Part shown: positions 53,071 through 63,158 of the stretch, one piece after another
How positions within the stretch are numbered: position 1 is the first letter of the stretch
How the letters are laid out: every line of letters begins with the position of its first letter
Origin: an uncultured Verrucomicrobiae bacterium
GTDB taxonomy: Bacteria; Verrucomicrobiota; Verrucomicrobiia; Chthoniobacterales; UBA10450
Reading direction: 5' to 3'
Length of the DNA: 64,000 nucleotides
Assembly: GCA_963815455.1 (NCBI GenBank)
Contig: CAWFGO010000003.1
Location: 544,001 to 608,000 of the forward strand
Made by a program: the position numbers and the translations under genes
Notes under the pieces: generated by a model
What the model was told of the DNA's origin: nothing
The model's database searches: none
Seen by the model: only the letters and a program-made list of their open reading frames with translations

Positions 53071-53304
53071 TTAATTTGCGCGGGCAAGCTTGCGGGTTTT
53101 CTGGCCGTTTCGCGCGGCTCTGCGCAAATCCCGTGCACGGGGCTCGAGCGATTTTCCATATGCCCGCTCGGCGGCGGTCGGTTTGCGAAAATCGATAAGA
53201 TCGACTCCGGCAGGAATATTTTCCTTTTTCTCGCGGGCGATAATAGCCAGCGCGCGCCGCTTGCGCGATTGCGCATCATGGGAAGCCGGCGACCTTACTT
53301 TCAT
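53071..53304 (-). CDS. Small basic hypothetical protein (possible antitoxin)
   Basis: 77 aa ORF ending 11 nt upstream of the RelE-like gene. Confidence 0.4.
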   Translation of the reverse strand: MKVRSPASHDAQSRKRRALAIIAREKKENIPAGVDLIDFRKPTAAERAYGKSLEPRARDLRRAARNGQKTRKLARAN

Positions 53305-53352
53305 ACCACATACGCTAGCATTTCGCGGGCCGGTTCGTCAAAGGGTGATCCT

Positions 53353-53664
53353 CTATTGTCGGCAATTCTCCGCCACCCAACGCAGATAGTCGGGCAAGCC
53401 GTTATCGATCTTCACAAAGACGATTTCGGGAACTTCATAGGAATGAAGCGAACGGAGTTTGTCTTGAAATGCAGATTGTCTGTCTTCGCTCAACTTGAAA
53501 AGGACGAGGGTTTCGTTTCCGGTCTCGATCTTTTCTTTCCAGCGATAAATCGATTCCACGCCCGATAGAATGTTCGCGCAGGCGGCGAACTTTTCCGTGA
53601 CGAGTCGCGTTGAAATTTTTCTCGCTGTTTCAACGTCAGGAAACGTGCTGATCGCAACTGTCAT
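53353..53664 (-). CDS. cutA: Divalent-cation tolerance protein CutA
   Basis: AACANI, SIYRWK, LHSYEVPEI, YLRWV. Confidence 0.92.
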   Translation of the reverse strand: MTVAISTFPDVETARKISTRLVTEKFAACANILSGVESIYRWKEKIETGNETLVLFKLSEDRQSAFQDKLRSLHSYEVPEIVFVKIDNGLPDYLRWVAENCRQ

Positions 53665-53698
53665 TCCGAGCGAAGTCGAGGAATCCCGTTGCATTATC

Positions 53699-54973
53699 TT
53701 AAGCTACCGCCACGGGATCCTTCGACCCCGAAAGCCTTCGGGGCTCGGGATGACGGTCGGCTCGTGATTCGGTCTGCTTGGCCGGCTCAAAACGGTCAAG
53801 CGCCTCGCTTCGGCAGATCCAGCCGCCACCGAGGACAATGTCGCCGTTGTAGATCACCGCGGCCTGTCCCGGAGTCACGGCGCGTTGTGGCTCGTGCAAA
53901 CGAATCCGGGCTCGATCATTCTCCAATGGCGTGACCGTTGCGTGCGTTCCGGGATGATTGTAGCGGATTTTAGCCGTGGCTTTGATCTCTTTGTTGTAGC
54001 CGGGGTCGTTGACCCCGGCGCCGCGGTCAGCGGTGCGAGCCGCACTGGCATTTCCGGCTACAGGATGCCAGTTCACATTATCGATCTCGAATTCATCCAC
54101 GACCAGGTCGTCGGCGTCGCCGACAATGACGCGATTTGTTTCCGGATCGAGATCGATAACGTAACGCGGCGTGGGCGAACCGCCGGGTAATCCCTTGCGC
54201 TGGCCGATGGTGAACAACTCAATCCCTTCGTGCTCGCCCACAAAATTACCATCGACATCGTAAATCTCGCCGCGATGAAATTCCTTTTCACCGAGATGCG
54301 AGCGCAGGAACGCCTTGTAATCGTTCCCGGGAACGAAACAGATTTCCTGACTGTCGATCTTATCGGCTACTTTTAGGCCTAACGAATGCGCAATCTCGCG
54401 GATTTCCGGCTTTTGCATCGTGCCCAGCGGGGTCAGCGCGCGGCGCAACTGCGGCTGGCGCAGACTAAACAGAAAATACGATTGATCTTTTCGCGGGTCC
54501 ATTCCTTTGCGAAGCACAGCAGTGCGAGCCGCACTGGCATCTCCGGGGTCAGCGCCCCCGGCTACAGTGTGCTCGATGATCGCGTAATGGCCCGTCGCGA
54601 TGTAATCGCATCCTAACGCTTTGGCTTTGCTCCAGAGGTTGCCGAACTTGAGTTTCTCGTTGCACATCACGCACGGATTCGGCGTCCGGCCGGCCTGGTA
54701 TTCGCTCGCGAAATAGTCGATCACCACGCGCTCGAACAAATCGGCCTCATCGACCACGTAATGCGGAAAACCGAGCGAGTGCGCCACGCTACGCGCATCG
54801 GCCACGGCCTGCGGTCCGCAGCATTTGTCTTCCGCGCGCGAGATGCAGTCCTGCGGCCAGACCTTCATCGTCACGCCGATAACTTCGTAGCCCTGTTCGC
54901 GCAGTAAATATCCGGCGACGCTGGAGTCGACTCCACCGCTCATACCGAGCAAAACGCGCTGTTTCCTGTTCAT
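53699..54973 (-). CDS. mnmA: tRNA 2-thiouridylase MnmA
   Basis: GMSGGVDSS, TPNPCVMCN, ATGHYA, KDQSYFL, DSQEICF, TIGQRKGL, TPGQAAV. Confidence 0.95.
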   Translation of the reverse strand: MNRKQRVLLGMSGGVDSSVAGYLLREQGYEVIGVTMKVWPQDCISRAEDKCCGPQAVADARSVAHSLGFPHYVVDEADLFERVVIDYFASEYQAGRTPNPCVMCNEKLKFGNLWSKAKALGCDYIATGHYAIIEHTVAGGADPGDASAARTAVLRKGMDPRKDQSYFLFSLRQPQLRRALTPLGTMQKPEIREIAHSLGLKVADKIDSQEICFVPGNDYKAFLRSHLGEKEFHRGEIYDVDGNFVGEHEGIELFTIGQRKGLPGGSPTPRYVIDLDPETNRVIVGDADDLVVDEFEIDNVNWHPVAGNASAARTADRGAGVNDPGYNKEIKATAKIRYNHPGTHATVTPLENDRARIRLHEPQRAVTPGQAAVIYNGDIVLGGGWICRSEALDRFEPAKQTESRADRHPEPRRLSGSKDPVAVA

Positions 54974-55138
54974 TTCGCGAATGACTCTCGGTCAAGACGT
55001 GCGGGCGTCAACGCTCAGCATTCTGGGGAGAGCAGGCAGTTTGCCTGCAGTCGTCGGCAGCTTGCCGACGACAATTCTTTTCGGCAAGCTGCCGAAAAGC
55101 ACAGGCTGGCAGCCTGTGCTCCCCGGATTCATAACGCG

Positions 55139-55705
55139 CTACATCTTCACTGGCCGGCTTACGAACTTGCTCCCGCGCAACGTGAATCGCCAGGGATGGT
55201 GCGCGGACCGGCTAATGCCAATGCGCGCGTCGGCAACAACATCGACATTGGTTTCCGCGCGTTTCACAAAGCAATGCCGCGGATCGGTGCATAAATCCGT
55301 TTCGTGATGCCGACCGGTAATGGCCAGGGCTTGCGCGAGTTTGCCCGGGCCGGAGCAAAGTTGTCGAAGCTCGTTAACGCCACGGCGCTTGCTCATTAGC
55401 CTTATGCCGCGTCGCGGCTCGATCGCACGAAACAAAACAAAGCCGTTTTCTTTGCCCTTGACCAGCACGTTCAACATCCAGTGCATTCCGTAATTGAAAT
55501 AAACGTAGGCAGTGCCGGCACGGTTCCGTTCGATAAACGCGCGCGCGCTCGGCCGGGTAAAAGTATGAGCGGCTTCATCGCCGATGGCGGCATAGGCTTC
55601 GACCTCGACCACGACTCCCGAGCAATGACCCCAGATCAATTCCGCGCCAATTAGTTCGCGCGCGCAGGTCAACGGATCGCGCTGAAAAAACGAAGCGCGG
55701 ATCAT
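55139..55705 (-). CDS. 3-methyladenine DNA glycosylase (MPG)
   Basis: VEVEAY, YVYFNYGMH, GPGKLAQAL, RIGIS. Confidence 0.92.
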   Translation of the reverse strand: MIRASFFQRDPLTCARELIGAELIWGHCSGVVVEVEAYAAIGDEAAHTFTRPSARAFIERNRAGTAYVYFNYGMHWMLNVLVKGKENGFVLFRAIEPRRGIRLMSKRRGVNELRQLCSGPGKLAQALAITGRHHETDLCTDPRHCFVKRAETNVDVVADARIGISRSAHHPWRFTLRGSKFVSRPVKM

Positions 55706-55735
55706 CCGCTCTGCCGCCCTGCGCCTTGCGATCAC

Positions 55736-56497
55736 CTAGCCGCTAATATTCCAGGGCTTCGGTATGTAGTGAATCGGGAGCGTGATCTTGCTCTCCACCG
55801 GCCGGCCGTCACGAAATGCAGGAACGAATTTCGCGCCTTTGAAATCCTTCAGGGCAGCATCCCCAAAACCTAAAAACGGCGGCTCTTCCGATTTTACTGC
55901 GATCTCTTTCAGAATCCCATTGGCGTCCACACTTAGGGAGAGTTCGACGATGCCGTCCACCTGCACCGCCACATCTGGCGGATAATGGAGCCCGAGGTAT
56001 TTGGATTGGTTGCCGAAGATGGGCTGAGGACTGATGAAATCGCTTTCCTTCTTCAACTCCTCCGGCTCCTGGTTCGAAAAAATACGAAGCCGCGGCTTCC
56101 CATCGACAACCGCGAAAACCACCGTGCCGTAATACACGGCATCGACCGGCTTGGAGTCATAAATTCCGGGAATAAACTTGGCCGTGTCGAGGCGTTTTCC
56201 GAGTTCTTCATTGAGCACCTTCGACCCGGCCGTGCCACGGTAAGTTTCGCTCCAGATCATCCTGCCGTTCTTGTCGACAATGCAAAAAAACATGACTGCC
56301 GCATCTTTTTGGCCCTTCGCCATCAAACTGCTCGTGTCGATCTGATCGATCAGAGAAGTTGGCCCGGTGCCGAGCAAGATCGGCCGGTACTTTGGAACGG
56401 GGGCCACTGGCGGTGAGGGAGTTGTCGAAACGGACTGTGATGACGCAACATCGACAGCAAACAACAAGGCCATAGCTGGAAATGCCAAAAAACGCAT
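55736..56497 (-). CDS. Exported protein with TonB C-terminal-like domain(s)
   Basis: VELSLSVDANG...FGDAAL...KFVPAFRDGRPV; similar upstream repeat KFIPGIYDSKPV. Confidence 0.7.
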   Translation of the reverse strand: MRFLAFPAMALLFAVDVASSQSVSTTPSPPVAPVPKYRPILLGTGPTSLIDQIDTSSLMAKGQKDAAVMFFCIVDKNGRMIWSETYRGTAGSKVLNEELGKRLDTAKFIPGIYDSKPVDAVYYGTVVFAVVDGKPRLRIFSNQEPEELKKESDFISPQPIFGNQSKYLGLHYPPDVAVQVDGIVELSLSVDANGILKEIAVKSEEPPFLGFGDAALKDFKGAKFVPAFRDGRPVESKITLPIHYIPKPWNISG

Positions 56498-56675
56498 GGA
56501 CAGATACGCAAGCGGAACGTTTCTGCTTTGCAAGGGCAAATTCTGTAGCCGCCTCGTCCGCCAATGGACAGACTCGCTGTGGCGAGCTGGGTCGAGGCGC
56601 GGCCCGATCCCTTGCCGCTAAACACGGCGGCGGAGCGCCGTGGCTACAACTATTATACGATGGCTTCTGACAAAC

Positions 56676-58301
56676 TCAGGCTGCAACCGGCCATGCCCCG
56701 GCAGCCGCAATCTTGTGCACGATTTTGTGGCGTCGGAAATACTCGATCAGCGCATCGCGGGTTTGGACGGGATGAAACGTGCAGTTTGAAGCCGGCAACT
56801 CAAGCAATCGGCGCAAGGTCATGAAACGATGGCCGGCGCTGCGGGAATCGAAGCTGTTGAACGCGATCACGTATTTCCGGCCATTCTCCAGCGGTGCTCC
56901 GTCTTCGAGCGAGATGCCGGTGATCCGCCGCTCGCTCCCTAAGCCTTCGCTGCGAACCGACAGGCCTATCAAATTTCGATCCTCCCGGCTCCGAAACACT
57001 TCTTCCATCACCGCGACGATTTCATCCCGCGTCAGCTCGCCGGTTACGGTATAATTTTCGTAAGGAAGAACGTTCCAGATATCCCTCACCGTTTTCGGGC
57101 CGGCGACAAAATCGTGTTCGTCATCGAAAATGCCATGCATCGCTCCATCGACATGCGCGCCGCGCTGACGCAGCGATTCCAGAATAGCTGCACCAATCAA
57201 TGCTTCCACATCGCTCGGCTGACCAGGGTGACTGCGCACGCGCAGGGTGTCGGCCAACTCGCCTATCGGTTCAGACAATGCCACCTCGGATTCGGCCAGC
57301 AGCGATTTGGTCCGCGACAGGACGACATGATCGCGGCGAACACGACGATCCATTAATTCGCAAGATGCCTGTCGCTCCAGCAGCTTTTTCGAACGCCTAT
57401 CGAAGACTAAATCGACGCGCCCTGCATGAATGCCGAAGTGGTCGGCCTGCGTAAGAAGCACACCGTTCACGATGCGACTCGGGATTGTCTGATGGGTGTG
57501 CCCGGCAATGAACACTGCGGTCTCGGGAAACTCCGAAGTTAACGCCGTCACATTATTCGCAAAATCATCGCCGCCCGTGCGGGCCTTCAAACCCATGTGA
57601 CCGCTCAGAACAATGGCATCGGCGCCGTCTGCCTTGGCCCGCGCGATCGCGCGACGGACCGGCGCGACCGGATTCTCGAAGTCGATCCCACGGGTAAATT
57701 CGGGCCGAAACCAAAATGGCATCCCGGGCGTCGTCACCCCGATGATTGCAATCCTAATTCCCGCGATCTCTTTTATTATGAACGGCTGAATTTTCGCGAA
57801 GGGATGTTTCGCATCGGAAAACGCGCCGGCTGGTTTTCCCTCCAGCAAAGTGTTCGCAGCCAGGATTGGCATCGCCGATCTGGCCAGCGTTTGCTGGAAC
57901 GGCTCGATCCCCCAATCGAACTCGTGGTTCCCGAGAATCCAGGCGTCGTATTCGAGATGATTGAAAAGATCGATCATTAACTCACCCTTGCTGCGCAGGC
58001 CGATCTCAGTGCCCTGATAGACATCGCCTACATCGATCAAAATCGAGTTCCGGTTTTGCCGGCGCCAATGCCGAATTTGCGTAACGCACCGGGCGAATCC
58101 GCCGCGATCCGGGTTTCCCTCGTAATCGGAGGTCGGCAGAATGTGCCCGTGTAAATCCGTCGTGTGCAAGATCGAGATGCGCACCGTATCGGAGTGGAGC
58201 CGCACGGCACTCGGCAGAGTTGGGACTGCGCTCATCAAACCCGCTTGCCCAACGAGTTTCAAAAATTCGCGTCGAGTCCAGAATTTGTCCGGATCAAACA
58301 T
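56676..58301 (-). CDS. 5'-nucleotidase / bifunctional metallophosphoesterase with Tat-like signal
   Basis: TRREFLK, HTTDLHG, DVGD, GNHEFD, AGHTH. Confidence 0.9.
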   Translation of the reverse strand: MFDPDKFWTRREFLKLVGQAGLMSAVPTLPSAVRLHSDTVRISILHTTDLHGHILPTSDYEGNPDRGGFARCVTQIRHWRRQNRNSILIDVGDVYQGTEIGLRSKGELMIDLFNHLEYDAWILGNHEFDWGIEPFQQTLARSAMPILAANTLLEGKPAGAFSDAKHPFAKIQPFIIKEIAGIRIAIIGVTTPGMPFWFRPEFTRGIDFENPVAPVRRAIARAKADGADAIVLSGHMGLKARTGGDDFANNVTALTSEFPETAVFIAGHTHQTIPSRIVNGVLLTQADHFGIHAGRVDLVFDRRSKKLLERQASCELMDRRVRRDHVVLSRTKSLLAESEVALSEPIGELADTLRVRSHPGQPSDVEALIGAAILESLRQRGAHVDGAMHGIFDDEHDFVAGPKTVRDIWNVLPYENYTVTGELTRDEIVAVMEEVFRSREDRNLIGLSVRSEGLGSERRITGISLEDGAPLENGRKYVIAFNSFDSRSAGHRFMTLRRLLELPASNCTFHPVQTRDALIEYFRRHKIVHKIAAAGAWPVAA

Positions 58302-58406
58302 CGCTTTCTCCCTTCGCATCCTACCGATTGGCTCCCTGTTATCTCAAGGAAAATGCCGGGCTCGCTTTTCTTGACCGCATCACATTTCCAGACATGGTGG
58401 TTCATT

Positions 58407-59800
58407 ATGCTCCAGAAAAATTCCATCGAAGAATTTCGAGCCAAGCCTGCGCGGAACCCTCACGCAACCAGGCGATAAGGATTACGATGAGGCTCGCAAG
58501 GTTTACAACGCGATGATCGACAAAAAGCCGCGCCTGATCGCGCGGTGCGCGGACGTGGCGGACATCATTCACTGCATAAACTTTGCCCGAGAAAACAACG
58601 TCCTGGTTTCTGTCCGCGGAGGCGGACATAACGCGGGAGGTCTGGGAATTTGCGACGACGGCCTCGTTATCGATCTCGCGCCGATCAAGTACCTCCCGTG
58701 TCGATCCGGCGGCGCGCACAGTCACCGTGGGAGGCGGATGCACGTGGGGAGATGTCGATCATGCCACGCATGCATTCGGTCTCGCGACTCCGAGCGGCGT
58801 TATTTCGACCACGGGCGTTGGAGGTTTGACCCTCGGTGGCGGAGTCGGGCATCTCACCCGCAAATGCGGGCTCACGATCGACAATCTACTTTCAGCCGAC
58901 GTTGTTTTGGCGAACGGGAGCTTTGTAAAAGCCAATGCCGAAGAGAACAGCGATCTGTTCTGGGCCATCCGGGGCGGCGGCGGAAACTTCGGCATCGTAA
59001 CCGCTTTCACGTTCAAGCTGCATCCCATCGACACGATTTACGGCGGCCCGATGCTGTACGAATTGAGCGAAGCGGCGGATGTGATGAAATGGTATCGCAA
59101 ATTGATACCAGCCGCTTCCGACGATTTGAGCGGTTTTTTCGCCTTCTTGACCGTGCCGCCGGGGCCGCCTTTCCCCGAACACCTTCACCTGAAGAAAATG
59201 TGCGGCGTGGTTTGGGCCTACACCGGTCCGCAGGCGAACGCGGAGGAAACATTCAAACCGATCCGCTCGTTCAAGAAGCCGGCCCTGGACTTTGTCGGCC
59301 CGCTGCCACATCCGGCGCTGCAAAGCATGTTCGATCCAATATATCCCCCGGGACTGCAATGGTACTGGCGCGCGGATTTCGTGAACGAACTGAGCGATGA
59401 AGCGATCGCGCAATATGTTCGTTTTGGTGAAAAGCTGCCCTCAATGCACTCCACCATGCATCTTTATCCCATTAATGGCGCCGCGGCGCGCGTCGACAAG
59501 AAGGCAACGGCCTGGAATTATCGCGGCGCGAACTGGGCGCAGGTGATCGTGGGTGTCGATCCCGACCCGGCCAATAAACAGAAAATCATTTCCTGGACGA
59601 AGGACTACTACGATGCCGTGCATCCGTTTTCGGCAGGCGGCGCGTATGTAAACTTTCTAATGGGCGACGAAGGCGAAGAGCGGGTTAAGAAAACCTACGG
59701 CGACAATTACGACCGGCTGGTGGCAGTGAAACAGAAATACGATCCGCAAAATTTCTTTCGAGTGAACCAGAACATCAAGCCCAACGGCAAAGCCGGATGA
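58407..59800 (+). CDS. FAD-binding oxidoreductase with BBE domain (frameshifts near 58445 and 58695)
   Basis: VRGGGHN, GLTLGGG, RGGGGNFGIVT, YVNF, KYDPQNFF. Confidence 0.9.
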
Positions 59801-60309
59801 CCGCGGATCAATTGAAGGCGTTGCAGGCGCCGATCAAAGATCGCTATCGACAAAATCCGGAAGCCGCGTTGGTCACACTCCGAGCCGAGGGACGAATCGG
59901 CGAAAATGTCACCTGCAAAATCGAGACGGGAAAAGCGCGCGTGGAGGCCGGGCTCCATCCGGCAACGGGAGGCGACGGGAGCAGTGCGTGCTCGGCCGAT
60001 ATGCTGTTGGAAGCGCTGGTGAGTTGCGCGGGCGTGACGCTCGGCGCCGTCGCGACGGCCCTGGGAATCCAATTGCGGGACGCGACGATTCGGGCCGAGG
60101 GCGATCTCGATTTTCGCGGAACCCTCGGCGTATCCAAAGAGGCGCCCGTTGGATACGGCCAGATTCGATTACAATTCGATTTGGATACGGATGCCAGTGA
60201 AGAACAGATCGCCACATTGATTCGCCTGACCGAAAGGTACTGCGTCGTTTACCAAACGTTAAATATGCCGCCAAAAATCGTCGTGAACCACCGGGCAAAA
60301 CCGTCATGA
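59797..60309 (+). CDS. OsmC family protein
   Basis: CSADMLLEALVSCAG...TERYCVV; ATGA overlap. Confidence 0.88.
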   Translation: MTADQLKALQAPIKDRYRQNPEAALVTLRAEGRIGENVTCKIETGKARVEAGLHPATGGDGSSACSADMLLEALVSCAGVTLGAVATALGIQLRDATIRAEGDLDFRGTLGVSKEAPVGYGQIRLQFDLDTDASEEQIATLIRLTERYCVVYQTLNMPPKIVVNHRAKPS

Positions 60310-60368
60310 AATCCCGTGCTACCGCGCATCTTGTCCGGGCCGAGATCGTACCGTAGCTTCGCCTCGCC

Positions 60369-61205
60369 ATGCCGCTCTACATGGACATCCACGAACTCGG
60401 GCCGGGCGTCACCCCCGAAGATGTGGCCAAGGCCCATGCCCACGATCTCGAAGTGCAGGGCAAATACGGCGTCAATTACAGCAAGTACTGGGTCAACCAG
60501 AAAGCCGGAAAAGTTTTCTGCCTCTGCCATGCCCCAAACGCTGATGCCGCGGTCCAGGTCCACCGCGAAGCTCACGGTTTGATCGCCGAAAAACTCATTC
60601 AAGTCGAGCCCGACGTGGCCGATTTGTTTCTCGGCAGCAGTGAAGTGAACTCGGCCGGGGCGGTGGTGCTGTCGGATGCGGCGGCCGATGAGCGCGACCC
60701 CGGGATTCGCACGATTCTTTTCACCGACATTGTCGATTCGACAGGCTTGACCCAAAGACTGGGCGACGACGATGCCATGGCTCTACTCGATATCCATAAT
60801 GACGTTGTTCGAAAAGCGCTGTCCAATTCCGGCGGCCGCGAGGTGAAGCACACGGGCGACGGTATCATGGCCTCTTTCGTATCAGCGGCAGCCGCCGTAA
60901 GATGCGCCGCTCAAATCCAGCGCGATTTAGCCAGGCTGATGGAAGATCAAGGAGAACGTACGTTTAAAGTCCGGATCGGCGCCGCCGCCGGGGAACCGGT
61001 CGAACAACATGACGATCTTTTTGGTTGCACCGTGCAACTCGCAGCCCGGCTCTGCTCCTCTGCTTCAGCCGAGCAAATCGTGGTCTCGAACGCGATCGCC
61101 GAACTTTGCCTGGGCAAAGGAATTTCATTTCAAGACATGGGTGAGCTTCCCTTGAAAGGGTTCGATCGCCCGGTCCGGGCTCACTCGGTGATATGGGCCG
61201 GCTAG
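60369..61205 (+). CDS. DUF4242 (SCO4226-like) domain fused to a class III nucleotide cyclase
   Basis: MPLYMDIH...AHAHDL...FCLCHAP...VHREAHG; FTDIVDST, VKHTGDG, DLFGCTVQLAARL. Confidence 0.85.
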   Translation: MPLYMDIHELGPGVTPEDVAKAHAHDLEVQGKYGVNYSKYWVNQKAGKVFCLCHAPNADAAVQVHREAHGLIAEKLIQVEPDVADLFLGSSEVNSAGAVVLSDAAADERDPGIRTILFTDIVDSTGLTQRLGDDDAMALLDIHNDVVRKALSNSGGREVKHTGDGIMASFVSAAAAVRCAAQIQRDLARLMEDQGERTFKVRIGAAAGEPVEQHDDLFGCTVQLAARLCSSASAEQIVVSNAIAELCLGKGISFQDMGELPLKGFDRPVRAHSVIWAG

Positions 61206-61229
61206 TCTTGTTAGGCTGCGTTTTCGTCC

Positions 61230-61640
61230 ATGCAGCTTGAAGGCATCGACCATGTGGCCTTAAGCGTTCGTGATGTCGAACGTTCCGCCCAATGGTACAT
61301 CGATGTGCTGGGATTTGAGAGAAAACACCAGGATGTCTGGGGTGGAATTCCCACTTTCATCGCCAAAGGCAGCACCGCGATTGCTTTGTTCCCGATAAAC
61401 GCAACCGCAGAATCGACAACCCTGGGGGCCGTAGCCTCGGCGAAGGTGGCGTCGGCTCCAGCCCCGATCCGAATGCTTCATCTGGCCTTTCGCGCCGGCC
61501 GGGAAAACTTCCGTGCGGCCCAGGAGGAACTCAAGCACCGTGGAATCAAATTCGAGTTCAAGGATCACGAAATTTCGCACTCAATCTATTTCAGCGATCC
61601 CGACGGCCACAAATTAGAGATCACGACTTACGAAATCTGA
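61230..61640 (+). CDS. VOC/glyoxalase family protein
   Basis: IDHVALSVRD, HLAF, YFSDPDGHKLE. Confidence 0.9.
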   Translation: MQLEGIDHVALSVRDVERSAQWYIDVLGFERKHQDVWGGIPTFIAKGSTAIALFPINATAESTTLGAVASAKVASAPAPIRMLHLAFRAGRENFRAAQEELKHRGIKFEFKDHEISHSIYFSDPDGHKLEITTYEI

Positions 61641-61752
61641 TTGCGGCTCGCTGCGAATTGTGCGGAAATACGCCCAGGGGCAACCGATGGATCTTTCAGT
61701 GCGCGGGGTTCAATAAATCAGGGACGTTTAACCAACCACAAAACTCTTACTC

Positions 61753-62973
61753 ATGCCGGACGATAAACCAGAGGAACGACGGCACCCGCGACAAAAAGCG
61801 ATCAGCCCGCAACTGCGCCGTTTTCTAGGGCCGGCCCGCTCCGTTCACGATCAGCCGCCAACAAAGCCCAAGCCCGAACCGGCTCCGCCCCCGGAACGCG
61901 AGACAGACGAACCCAGCCCGGCTCCGCCCGAGTTCGAAGAAAAGATCCAATCGCCGAGCCCGGAGTTCGCCGACGAAAACGTAGCCGAATCCGAACCCGA
62001 GTCCGAGCCCCAGCGGCGGCCCACCGGGACTGGAGTTGCCCTGGCTCCGGCCCGGGAACTGTCGCGCAAGATCGAGATGCAAACCGTTTTCCTCATCATC
62101 GGAGGTCTGTTCCTCCTGGCCGGCATGTTCTACGTCGGCAAGAAATTCGAATACTGGAAGTACCTCATCACCTCCCGGAACAAACCGCAGTTGTCCAGCA
62201 TCGTGCCCGACAAATTCCAGGGCCTGACCGCCGATGAACTGGTCGAGCAAGCGCTCGCCGCTCAGCGCCTCGGCAACTGGCAGGAAGCAGCCGAACGATT
62301 CTTCGCCGCCAAACGCAAGAACACTGCCTACCGCGGTCTCCTGTTTCGCGTCGGCAAACTTCATTACGACCACGGCGAGTTCGACACCGCGGACAAGTTG
62401 TTTGAAAAATCCGTCGCCTTTGGCGAGAACGTCGATACCGCAAGTTTTCTGCGCGGGCTGATCGCCGTGGGCCGCAGCAACTTCGCCGCCGCCGAACGTT
62501 TCTTCGAGGCCGCGGCCAACGCCGAGCCATTAATGCCGGCTTATCCTTACTATTGGGCGGAAGCGATCCGGCGCGATCACCAGCCGCTGGAAGCAATCCC
62601 GGTCTACGAGCGGGCGTTACGCCGCTTCGATACCGACCAGGAACGGACCATATGCAATTTCAAGATTCGCATGGCCATGATCGAAGCCGGCCAGACCGCG
62701 CCGCTCAGTGTTGAGATCGACGCCAAACAACAAGCCGGCCCGTTACCGGTGGACTGGCTCATGACCGCCGCCGCGATTCATATCCGCGAGGGAAACATTG
62801 CCGAAGCGTTACCCCTCATCGAAAAAGCGCGTAACACCGACCGGGCCAATTTGTACAGCCTGTTCGCCTCATGCACCGGCGACATGTTCTTCGCCGCCGC
62901 CAGCGTAAGAAATCCCGAAATCGCCCAAGCCTGCCAAATCCAGACGCCCCCCACCGGATCGCCCCCGCGCTAA
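61753..62973 (+). CDS. Membrane-anchored TPR protein with Pro/Glu-rich N-terminus
   Basis: Low-complexity N-terminus, TM VFLIIGGLFLLAGMFYV, TPR-like helices. Confidence 0.7.
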   Translation: MPDDKPEERRHPRQKAISPQLRRFLGPARSVHDQPPTKPKPEPAPPPERETDEPSPAPPEFEEKIQSPSPEFADENVAESEPESEPQRRPTGTGVALAPARELSRKIEMQTVFLIIGGLFLLAGMFYVGKKFEYWKYLITSRNKPQLSSIVPDKFQGLTADELVEQALAAQRLGNWQEAAERFFAAKRKNTAYRGLLFRVGKLHYDHGEFDTADKLFEKSVAFGENVDTASFLRGLIAVGRSNFAAAERFFEAAANAEPLMPAYPYYWAEAIRRDHQPLEAIPVYERALRRFDTDQERTICNFKIRMAMIEAGQTAPLSVEIDAKQQAGPLPVDWLMTAAAIHIREGNIAEALPLIEKARNTDRANLYSLFASCTGDMFFAAASVRNPEIAQACQIQTPPTGSPPR

Positions 62974-63088
62974 GCGCAAAGGCAATCACGAGCTGAATCT
63001 AACAGTTTTGAATTGCACAGGAACGGACCCGGCTGGCAAACTGCCGGACATGTTCGACAATCCCACCGTCCCCCGCCAAGAGGCCACT

Positions 63089-63156
63089 GGATTAGGCCGA
63101 ATCATTCCCCTTTTCCCACGAAATTGCCGAATAATTCGGCCCACTCCTCGTTAGAC
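63089..63156 (+). other. Array leader, putative attI-like site ending in GTTAGAC
   Basis: Similar to 35856-35914. Confidence 0.45.
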
Positions 63157-63158
63157 CT

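Noticed and set aside
62997..63156. ATCTAAC...GTTAGAC as an attC after the TPR gene
   Set aside because: 160 bp with no convincing inner complementarity or the family's end motifs
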